Translations under genes and position numbers: made by a program
NCBI GenBank assembly: GCA_023253325.1
Contig: JALRGY010000002.1
Location: 1-62,637 of the forward strand
Direction of reading: 5' to 3'
Source of the DNA: Candidatus Nanopelagicales bacterium
GTDB taxonomy: Bacteria > Actinomycetota > Actinomycetes > S36-B12
Length of the DNA stretch: 62,637 bases
The notes under the pieces: generated by a model
Database searches by the model: none
What the model was told of the DNA's origin: nothing
Seen by the model: only the letters and a program-made list of their open reading frames with translations
Shown here: positions 56,050 through 62,637 of the stretch, one piece after another
Layout: the number at the start of each line of letters is the position of its first letter
How positions within the stretch are numbered: the first letter of the stretch is position 1

Positions 56050-56382
56050 GTGCAGACATCTACACAACTATGTCATAAATTTCGCGGCAGAGCGAGCCGC
56101 TCGGAGTTCTGGTGGTTCGTGCTTTTCACCTACATTGTCGGCTTCATAATCTCTTTGTTCACCAGTTCGATGGATGGTGGCACCTACATCACCTTGATCT
56201 GGACCCTTGCAATCTTTCTCCCACTATTCGGTCTCTATTTCCGCCGTTTGCACGACGCTGATCATTCAGCATGGTGGTTACTCATTGGATTGGTGCCCCT
56301 TGTCGGTCAAATTGTGTTGATCGTCTTCTGGGCAACAAAGGGAACCCCCGGTGACAATAAGTATGGTCCGCCGGTTATCTAG
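56050..56382 (+). CDS. DUF805-family small inner-membrane protein
   Basis: F.GRASRSEFWWF..F and RRLHDADHSAWWLL...P.VG.IVLIVF....GTPG.NKYGP are the DUF805 hallmarks. The GTG at 56050 is proposed; the track ORF from 55828 runs antisense through the neighbouring gene. Confidence 0.65.
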   Translation: MQTSTQLCHKFRGRASRSEFWWFVLFTYIVGFIISLFTSSMDGGTYITLIWTLAIFLPLFGLYFRRLHDADHSAWWLLIGLVPLVGQIVLIVFWATKGTPGDNKYGPPVI

Positions 56383-56398
56383 GTTTCATCATTATGTG

Positions 56399-56432
56399 AG
56401 TGGGCGGGCAGCATTTATGTCCGCCCACTTTC
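56399..56432. terminator. bidirectional intrinsic terminator
   Basis: 9-bp perfect stem AGTGGGCGG...CCGCCCACT with a 13-nt loop, followed by TTTC. Confidence 0.65.
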
Positions 56433-56437
56433 ATGCG

Positions 56438-57472
56438 CTATCGCAGATCATTTAAAACGTAGTCCAACAATTCTTTTCCGTGCTCCGATGCAGTCACAAT
56501 GTCGGCGGTTTGAAGATCTACGCCACCAAACGATTGCAACCGCAAGACGTCTCCATTTCGCTCTCTGTTAGGAAATATTCCTGCGAAACTAAAACTGAGA
56601 TCTGGGTCCTGTTGCTGCAGAACAACCTGCGTTTGGGGAATCTGCAACGGCATATCCAGATACACGGCGTCACGGCCCTTGACATCAATTTGCTCTTGAC
56701 GAATTTGCTCCACCACTCTGGAGAAATCTAGCCCAGGAACTTCAACGTGAATCACCGCTGAATTGTGATCTTCCTTCTCTTCAACACTCAGTACTGATTC
56801 ATCGACAATATTTATTTCAGATGACGCACTGATGATCTCACCATGGAGTCCTGAGGCCTCAAGAATCGACCGCACAATCGCTCGGTGCCTTTCTGGCACA
56901 AACATGGGTCGGTTGTCACCACTATTGAGTTTCAAATAGAACAGAGCAACCGATTGTCTGTGGGCATCGGGATCGATCGCCGCATTGTTGCTCACCGTTG
57001 ACGGAATCCACCCGAGTAGGAATCCAGTTTCATGGGCACCGAGAGCGATGTTTGCCTTTTGGGAATAGGGGTGCGCTGCCGTCGCTTCACTGAAAATGCC
57101 CAGGTAACCCGCCTCCGTTGCCCACTGGGCTGCGAACCTCTTTAACCGTTCAAAAACATGGTGGCCTCGGGCCGCATCACGCACCACCGCAACCCCTGCG
57201 TGCATCACGCGTTCCGTGGTTTCCTCAACCATGAGGGCCATGTGACCAAGAATGGTTCCATCGGACAGGTGGCCAATCGCACTGCGCAACGTATTCGTGT
57301 TAATTCGGTGTGCAATCTGTTCCGGGTGATAAACCCACTCGGCGTCATAGGTGTCGCCATAGGACTCGCGGATCAAGTCAACAAGGACACTTGATTCCTC
57401 AGCGGCAAGGAAACGGATATGGACCTCAGTGTCGTCCGCCACTGGATGCTGATCTTGCCGCTGCGACGTCAT
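56438..57472 (-). CDS. GNAT-family N-acetyltransferase with extended C-terminal domain
   Basis: The N-terminal roughly 160 aa show a GNAT-like pattern (ILGHMALMV...AGVAVVRDAARGHHVFERLKRF). The C-terminal half is unrecognised. ATG at 57472 is preferred. Confidence 0.55.
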   Translation of the reverse strand: MTSQRQDQHPVADDTEVHIRFLAAEESSVLVDLIRESYGDTYDAEWVYHPEQIAHRINTNTLRSAIGHLSDGTILGHMALMVEETTERVMHAGVAVVRDAARGHHVFERLKRFAAQWATEAGYLGIFSEATAAHPYSQKANIALGAHETGFLLGWIPSTVSNNAAIDPDAHRQSVALFYLKLNSGDNRPMFVPERHRAIVRSILEASGLHGEIISASSEINIVDESVLSVEEKEDHNSAVIHVEVPGLDFSRVVEQIRQEQIDVKGRDAVYLDMPLQIPQTQVVLQQQDPDLSFSFAGIFPNRERNGDVLRLQSFGGVDLQTADIVTASEHGKELLDYVLNDLR

Positions 57473-57556
57473 TGCCTGAGTATGGCAAAGATTTGACATT
57501 GAAAAGAAGTGTGGGGCCACTCAAAGAGCAGCCCCACTTCGCGTTCTAAGGAATTA

Positions 57557-58003
57557 CTAGCTTGCTGCAACCTCGAATGAGAGTTTCGCGGTCACGCCTG
57601 GGTGAACCTCAACCGTGGCATTGTGCTTACCCACGGTCTTGATCGCCTTGGACAGTGTCACCTTGCGCTTGTCAATTGCAATGCCTCCATTTGATTGGAC
57701 AGCAAATGCAACGTCTGCAGCAGTGACGGAACCGAAGAGCTTGCCGGTTTCACCAGCCTTGACCGGAACCACGATTGTCATGGACTCGAGAGCCTGCTTG
57801 ATCTCATTGGCATGGTCGCGGTCCCGCACCTCGCGCACTTTCTGAGCACGCTTAATTGATGTGACCTGCTTCTCGCCACCGCGGGTCCATGCAATTGCAA
57901 AGCCACGTGGTAGAAGGAAGTTGCGGCCGTAGCCGTCCTTGACTTCAACGATGTCGCCTGGGATTCCGAGACCACTGACTTCTTGGGTGAGAATGAGTTT
58001 CAT
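57557..58003 (-). CDS. rplI: 50S ribosomal protein L9
   Basis: MKLILTQEVSGLGIPGDIVEVKDGYGRNFLLPRG is a canonical L9 N-terminus. Confidence 0.95.
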   Translation of the reverse strand: MKLILTQEVSGLGIPGDIVEVKDGYGRNFLLPRGFAIAWTRGGEKQVTSIKRAQKVREVRDRDHANEIKQALESMTIVVPVKAGETGKLFGSVTAADVAFAVQSNGGIAIDKRKVTLSKAIKTVGKHNATVEVHPGVTAKLSFEVAAS

Positions 58004-58017
58004 GTCGATTCCCTTTC

Positions 58018-58278
58018 TTAGCGTGTTGCAGCTGAGTAGGGAAGAAGTGCCATTTCACGGGCATTCTTCACGGCCATGGCAACGTCGCGTTGGTGCTGAG
58101 TGCAGTTACCTGTGACTCGGCGTGCACGAATCTTGCCTCGATCGGAAATGAACTTGCGCAGCAAGTTCACGTCTTTGTAGTCCAGACCTTTTACGTCTTT
58201 CTTGCAGAATGCGCAGGCTTTTGCCTTAACCATCTTCTGCGCATCGCGCGCTGGTTGGCGCTTGTTATCGCGTGCCAT
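58018..58278 (-). CDS. rpsR: 30S ribosomal protein S18
   Basis: CAFCKK...[31 protein letters not shown] signature. Confidence 0.95.
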   Translation of the reverse strand: MARDNKRQPARDAQKMVKAKACAFCKKDVKGLDYKDVNLLRKFISDRGKIRARRVTGNCTQHQRDVAMAVKNAREMALLPYSAATR

Positions 58279-58329
58279 GTTATGACTCCTATGTATACGT
58301 GTTGAGTTGAGTAAGTAGTGAAATACTTT

Positions 58330-58806
58330 TTAGAAAGGGGGTTCGTCGAAGTTCGCTGCCGGCGCGCCTGTTGCCCATGGATCATCTGCTGGTGCAGAAC
58401 CACCTGCAGGGCCACCTGCGCTAAAGCCGCCATCGGAGCGCTGAACACGATTAACCTTGGCAGTTGCGTAACGCAATGCGGGACCAACGTCTTCAACTTC
58501 GATTTCCATTACTGTTCGCTTCTCGCCCTCGCGGGTTTCGTAGGAACGCTGCTTCAACTTGCCAGAAACAATCACGCGAGTTCCCTTTGTGAGGGACTCT
58601 GCAACGTTTTCAGCGTATTGACGCCACACACTGCATCGCAGGTATGTGGGTTCCCCGTCTTTCCACTCATTAGTGGTTTTGTCCAAGTAACGTGAACTTG
58701 AAGCGACGGTGAAAGAAGCAACAGCAGCACCACTCGGGGTGAAACGCAGTTCGGGATCGTTGGTTAAGTTGCCAACAACCGTCACAGTGATATCCCCGGC
58801 GGCCAC
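58330..58806 (-). CDS. ssb: single-stranded DNA-binding protein
   Basis: OB-fold N-terminus ([27 protein letters not shown]), Gly-rich linker, and acidic DEPPF tail. Confidence 0.95.
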   Translation of the reverse strand: MAAGDITVTVVGNLTNDPELRFTPSGAAVASFTVASSSRYLDKTTNEWKDGEPTYLRCSVWRQYAENVAESLTKGTRVIVSGKLKQRSYETREGEKRTVMEIEVEDVGPALRYATAKVNRVQRSDGGFSAGGPAGGSAPADDPWATGAPAANFDEPPF

Positions 58807-59114
58807 TAGCTAGCCTTCTCCGCGACACTCCAATTTGGCCGCAGCACCTTGGTCCGCATGACTGCCTCATTGAGTGAGAGTTGACGATCAAGTTCAGCAA
58901 CGGCTGCAGGTGTTGACGTCAGTTCAATGACTGCGTAGTAACCCTCGCCTTTGTGGTTGATTTCGTAGGCGAAGCGACGCTTGCCCCACAGATCAACTTT
59001 CTCAACGGAACCACCATCGGCCTTGATGACATTCAGGAATGCATCGAGGCTGGGGGCAATTGTTTTTTCATCGAGTTCAGGGTCGAGAATGACCATGACT
59101 TCATATTTACGCAT
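58806..59114 (-). CDS. rpsF: 30S ribosomal protein S6
   Basis: [16 protein letters not shown]...[10 protein letters not shown] signature. Confidence 0.95.
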   Translation of the reverse strand: MRKYEVMVILDPELDEKTIAPSLDAFLNVIKADGGSVEKVDLWGKRRFAYEINHKGEGYYAVIELTSTPAAVAELDRQLSLNEAVMRTKVLRPNWSVAEKAS

Positions 59115-59121
59115 GAATTAA

Positions 59122-59172
59122 CCCACCTCCTTCGGACTAAACGGTCACGGCATTTCCGTGACAGGAGGATTA
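59122..59172 (-). promoter_or_regulatory. structured rpsF 5-prime leader that sequesters the Shine-Dalgarno (candidate S6:S18 autoregulatory element)
   Basis: The minus strand reads AUCCUCCU-GUCACGG-AAAUG-CCGUGAC-CGUUUAGUCCGA-AGGAGGUGGGUU, then AAUUCAUG. The CCUCCU can pair with the AGGAGG Shine-Dalgarno around an inner 7-bp hairpin. Confidence 0.5.
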
Positions 59173-59357
59173 ATGCGTGCCCAGACTAGCCGCAAGCGCG
59201 CCTTCTGCCAAAACCGGGCGTTATTTCAGATGTAATTTCCACCATCTTCAGATTCATGGTGCGCTGCCCCCGTATCCACACTCCCCTGACGCTTTTCCCA
59301 TTTGATGATTAATCGTGGAATCCTGTAGATGTGTCCATTTCCCCACCGCTGCACGAT

Positions 59358-59377
59358 TGGTACCGAAAGTGGTACCG
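59358..59377. promoter_or_regulatory. two TGGTACCG direct repeats (each with a palindromic GGTACC core) 12 bp apart; candidate VapB operator
   Basis: Read directly: tggtaccg aaag tggtaccg, ending 8 nt before the vapB ATG at 59385. Confidence 0.45.
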
Positions 59378-59384
59378 TTTTCCC

Positions 59385-59672
59385 ATGAGTTTGAACCTTC
59401 GGCTTTCTGATGACCTAGCCGCCGGCCTACGAGCATTGGCGCAAGAGACCGAAAAGTCACAGCAGGCCTTGATCCGCGAGGCGATCGAGATGTACCTGCG
59501 GGATTACAAAGTCCAGGCATATCCACCTGAGATCCGGTACGCCATCACTCCGGCGACAACCACTTATGCGGCGGCGCTGGAAGAAGTAAAGGCCATGGGG
59601 TACCTAGAAACCTTGACCGATAAGGAATCCATGCTGGCAACACTTCAAGAACTACGTGAAGATCGCGTGTGA
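59385..59672 (+). CDS. vapB: ribbon-helix-helix (CopG/VapB-type) antitoxin
   Basis: MSLNLRLSDDLAAGLRALAQETEKSQQALIREAIEMYL has the typical RHH beta-alpha-alpha pattern. It ends 12 nt before the PIN gene. Confidence 0.7.
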   Translation: MSLNLRLSDDLAAGLRALAQETEKSQQALIREAIEMYLRDYKVQAYPPEIRYAITPATTTYAAALEEVKAMGYLETLTDKESMLATLQELREDRV

Positions 59673-59684
59673 ACGGGCTCAAAA

Positions 59685-60071
59685 ATGAAGCTATACGTTG
59701 ACACCAACATTCTCCTTCAGGACTTGATTGACCACCCGGATTCAGGTGCAGTTGCGGGGGAGTCTTTTCGGTTTCAGGGCCAAGGCCACACATTGATTTC
59801 CAGTGTGCTGACCGCGGTTGAAATGGATCGGGTCTTACTACGGCACGGGGGTTCACGGACCCAGATAACGGCAACATTGCTCCGTGGATTCGACCTCCTG
59901 TCGATCACGCCTGCAGTGATTGATCTGGCGCGCGTCATCCCCGTGCAATTCCTCAAGACCTTGGACTCACTGCATCTCGCAACAGCGGTTATCAGTCGTT
60001 GTGACGCGGTGATCACCATGGACCAGCAATTCGCCCGGGCTTGCGAAGAAATTGGATTAGCTGTCGCCTAA
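59685..60071 (+). CDS. vapC: PIN-domain ribonuclease toxin (VapC)
   Basis: MKLYVDTNILL (first acidic residue), E in TAVEMDRV, DSLHLATA, and a C-terminal VITMDQQF. These are the four conserved acidic positions of PIN domains. Confidence 0.8.
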   Translation: MKLYVDTNILLQDLIDHPDSGAVAGESFRFQGQGHTLISSVLTAVEMDRVLLRHGGSRTQITATLLRGFDLLSITPAVIDLARVIPVQFLKTLDSLHLATAVISRCDAVITMDQQFARACEEIGLAVA

Positions 60072-60160
60072 ATGGGATACCACCTTTAAAACAGATCCTT
60101 GAGTCGTGACAGTAAATCAATAGCGCGAAGTCCAGAGTGGATGGGGAATAGGCTGCTCCC

Positions 60161-60940
60161 GTGCGGATTGCTACTTGGAATGTGAACTCTGTCGGAGCCC
60201 GTATTGATCGGGTGGTGGAGTGGTTGGAGAGTGCCCAACCTGACGTTGTGGCTTTGCAAGAACTCAAATGCACCGATGAAGCGTTTCCGCACCTGCCAAT
60301 TCAGGCCGCGGGCTACGAGGCGCTGACGCATGGCACGGGTCGCTGGAATGGTGTTGCGATCCTGACTCGGGTGGGTGCCACCGATGTTGTCCGCGGTTTA
60401 GTTGGTCAACCTGACTTTGAAGGTGTTGCGGAGCCTCGTGCAATTGGTGCAACTTGCGGTGGGGTGCGGGTTTGGAGTTTGTACTGTCCAAATGGCCGCG
60501 AACCAGGGCATGATCACTACAACTACAAGTTGGAGTGGTTCAAGGCTTTGAATGCAACGGTTGAATCTGAATTAGTGACTTATCCAGATCTTCCTTTTGC
60601 CGCGATTGGTGACTACAACATTGCACCAACTGATGCGGACGTGTGGGATATTTCGAAATTCGTTGACTCAACTCATGTGACAGCTGCAGAGCGGGCAGCA
60701 TTGACTGATCTTTCTAATCTTGGATTGAGTGAGGTGATGCCGCGTTCACTCAAGGGTGAGCCGTACACGTTTTGGGATTACCGCAATGGTTCATTCCACC
60801 GCGGGTGGGGAATGCGCATCGACTTGATTTACGGCAACAGTGCCTTCACATCCAGGGTCACCGATGCCTATGTTGATCGCGATGCGCGCAAAGGAAAAGG
60901 CGCGTCAGATCATGCGCCTGTTGTGGTCGATATTTCATGA
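60161..60940 (+). CDS. xthA: exodeoxyribonuclease III
   Basis: MRIATWNVNS, ALQELK, GDYNIAP, and SDHAPVVVD motifs of the EEP/ExoIII family. GTG start. Confidence 0.9.
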   Translation: MRIATWNVNSVGARIDRVVEWLESAQPDVVALQELKCTDEAFPHLPIQAAGYEALTHGTGRWNGVAILTRVGATDVVRGLVGQPDFEGVAEPRAIGATCGGVRVWSLYCPNGREPGHDHYNYKLEWFKALNATVESELVTYPDLPFAAIGDYNIAPTDADVWDISKFVDSTHVTAAERAALTDLSNLGLSEVMPRSLKGEPYTFWDYRNGSFHRGWGMRIDLIYGNSAFTSRVTDAYVDRDARKGKGASDHAPVVVDIS

Positions 60941-62046
60941 GTCTGGTTGTTAGGGCCATCAGTTCGCAAACCCACGAGGACTTCATTCAATCCACTAATG
61001 CCCATGTGTCATTCTTGCAATTACCGCAGTGGGGTCAGGTGAAAGTTGGTTGGAAACCTGAATCAATTGGATGGTTTCGTGACTCCACTTTGGTGGGGGT
61101 TGCCTTGGTTCTGTATCGGCCCGTGCCCAAGATCCCACGGCGTTCACTGGCCTACATCCCTGAAGGACCCATCATTGATTGGCAGTCGCCTGATTTGCAA
61201 TCCTGGTTGCGTCCTCTCATCTCACACGTCAAATCACGTGGTGCTTTTCAAGTCAAGATCGGACCACCTGTCGCAGTGGCCCAATGGAATGCTGACACTG
61301 TTAAAGCGGCTATCGCCCAGGGTAATTCGCGCGAATGCGTCAGTGATTTAACACCTGATCGCACTTTCCCCGATGATTCAAAGGTTGTTCCCGAGTTACA
61401 GCAACAGGGATGGGCCCAGGAATCATCTGATGGTGCAGGTTTTGGTGATGTTCAACCTCGCTTCGTCTTTCAGGTGCCACTTGCCGGTCGGAGCTCGAAA
61501 GATATTTTGGCCGGATTCAATCAGCAGTGGCGACGCAATATTCGTAAGGCTGAAAAATCTGGAGTAGTTGTTCGGCTAGGAACACGCGCCGACCTACCCG
61601 CCTTTCATTCTGTCTATGTTGAAACAGCGCAACGCGATGGGTTCACACCCCGTGGGCTGATCTACTTCGAGCGCATGTGGGACGCACTCGGGAAACACCT
61701 CACCTTGCACGTCGCTGAGTATGAAGGACATGTTGCCGCAGCAACAATCATGGTCACGGTGAATAAGCATGCTTGGTATTCCTACGGTGCGAGCACGACA
61801 GCAGATCGAGATGTTCGTCCATCAAATGCCCTTCAGTGGCACATGATTCAAACTGCAAGTGAATTGGGTTGTGATACCTATGACCTACGTGGGATCTCTA
61901 ACACCCTTGATCCTGACAACCATCTTTTTGGGCTTATTAATTTCAAACTGGGTTCAGGTGGTTATGTCCAAGAATACGTCGGCGAATGGGATTTTGACAT
62001 TAGAAAACTTTGGGCACGTGCTTTTGCGTGGTATCAAAAGCGATAA
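60937..62046 (+). CDS. FemAB-family peptidoglycan interpeptide-bridge aminoacyltransferase
   Basis: SFLQ...WG..K..WKPE, QWRRNIRKAEKSGV, and YSYGAS....RPSNALQW..I......G...YDLRGI match the FemA/FemB/FemX pattern. 4-nt overlap with xthA. Confidence 0.8.
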   Translation: MSLVVRAISSQTHEDFIQSTNAHVSFLQLPQWGQVKVGWKPESIGWFRDSTLVGVALVLYRPVPKIPRRSLAYIPEGPIIDWQSPDLQSWLRPLISHVKSRGAFQVKIGPPVAVAQWNADTVKAAIAQGNSRECVSDLTPDRTFPDDSKVVPELQQQGWAQESSDGAGFGDVQPRFVFQVPLAGRSSKDILAGFNQQWRRNIRKAEKSGVVVRLGTRADLPAFHSVYVETAQRDGFTPRGLIYFERMWDALGKHLTLHVAEYEGHVAAATIMVTVNKHAWYSYGASTTADRDVRPSNALQWHMIQTASELGCDTYDLRGISNTLDPDNHLFGLINFKLGSGGYVQEYVGEWDFDIRKLWARAFAWYQKR

Positions 62047-62059
62047 CTCGAGCTGTGAT

Positions 62060-62632
62060 TTAACCCAATGCTAATCGGGCAATGCGCGTAATGAGTGCGT
62101 TCCAGTCATCAGGATCCATTGGTGTTGGTGAAATGTCATCGACGATCTTGCCCAGCGTGTATGCCTGTATAAAGACTGCGCCCGTGCGAGGCTCAAACGT
62201 TGTGTTCAGCCATCCCTGTTTCTGGGCCTGCTCAAAACAATCGGCAAGCGAGTCAGTCAAGTGCTGCTGAACCTGTGCAAGTTCAACTTTGAATCGATCA
62301 TTGCGTTCGGCTTTAGCAAGGATGCGGGCTCGCTCAAATCGGTTGATGCTCCGAACAGCCGCTTGAGTTGCGACCGTAACTCCCTCGAGTCGCAAGAAAA
62401 ATTCCTCTTGGCTCGTGCTGTTATTGACAATTGATTCGATGGCTTCAATCGATTGCTCAACATGGCGAGAAAAGCGTTGCAGGAAGGCTGCTTCAAGGAG
62501 TGATGAATAGTCAGGGAAAAAGTGATACATGGAACCCTTGGAAACGCCCGAAGTCTTGAGCACCATTTCGGCGCTCATCTCTTCAAGAGAGTAGACGTCC
62601 AAGAGTGAAACTGTTGAATCGATCAATAGCAT
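62060..62632 (-). CDS. TetR-family transcriptional regulator (N-terminus probably runs off the window edge)
   Basis: HTH region MSAEMVLKTSGVSKGSMYHFFPDYSSLL close to the ORF start. The ORF is open to within 5 nt of the window end. Confidence 0.75.
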   Translation of the reverse strand: MLLIDSTVSLLDVYSLEEMSAEMVLKTSGVSKGSMYHFFPDYSSLLEAAFLQRFSRHVEQSIEAIESIVNNSTSQEEFFLRLEGVTVATQAAVRSINRFERARILAKAERNDRFKVELAQVQQHLTDSLADCFEQAQKQGWLNTTFEPRTGAVFIQAYTLGKIVDDISPTPMDPDDWNALITRIARLALG

Positions 62633-62637
62633 CCGAG

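Overview
The window is a gene-dense, moderate-GC actinobacterial chromosome segment. Supporting this: the rpsF-ssb-rpsR-rplI ... dnaB arrangement on the minus strand, a mycothiol-type MDMPI/DinB enzyme, a FemAB-family peptidoglycan bridge enzyme, frequent GTG/TTG starts and apparently short or absent leaders. I found no rRNA, tRNA, CRISPR array, transposase or integrase.

Layout:
- 1-20.3 kb: housekeeping and accessory genes. These include a cation antiporter, CopC, a CopD/CtaG fusion, a rhodanese, an L,D-transpeptidase, a secreted DUF1996 protein, a C-N hydrolase, a convergent LuxR-type regulator and double-GAF histidine kinase, an EamA transporter, a HisC-like transaminase, PPK2, a CHASE3-PP2C phosphatase, a secreted glycosidase, an SDR, a class III aminotransferase and a SulP transporter.
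- 20.35-20.94 kb: an unrecognised pair of small overlapping ORFs behind an AT-rich repeat-bearing promoter.
- 21.0-24.4 kb: a two-component flavin monooxygenase module (LLM oxygenase, AraC regulator, WrbA, FMN reductase).
- About 24.5-53.0 kb: a large CoA-thioester catabolic island. It holds a PaaX-like regulator, an acyl-CoA mutase large subunit, AMP-forming and ADP-forming CoA ligases, RidA, SDRs, a thiolase, a MenB/BadI-like crotonase, two CrtI-like flavoproteins, IorAB, an MFS transporter, a cyclase/formamidase-like hydrolase, an FAD-monooxygenase/Old-Yellow-Enzyme fusion of the 2-aminobenzoyl-CoA monooxygenase-reductase / salicylyl-CoA 5-hydroxylase type, a five-component Liv-type ABC importer, a thioesterase and a class V PLP enzyme.
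- 53.0-62.6 kb: core genes (dnaB, LMW-PTP, rplI, rpsR, ssb, rpsF, xthA, femAB-like, TetR) plus a VapBC module.

The most interesting signal is the island itself together with a 23-bp pseudo-palindromic motif (TGTCG..CG.CAATAATACGACA). The motif recurs in three of the island's promoter regions and looks like a shared operator that overlaps -10 elements.

CDS coordinates come from the supplied ORF track, with starts refined by eye. Motif coordinates were hand-indexed and may be off by 1-2 nt. No database search or computation was possible, so all family calls rest on recognised sequence motifs.
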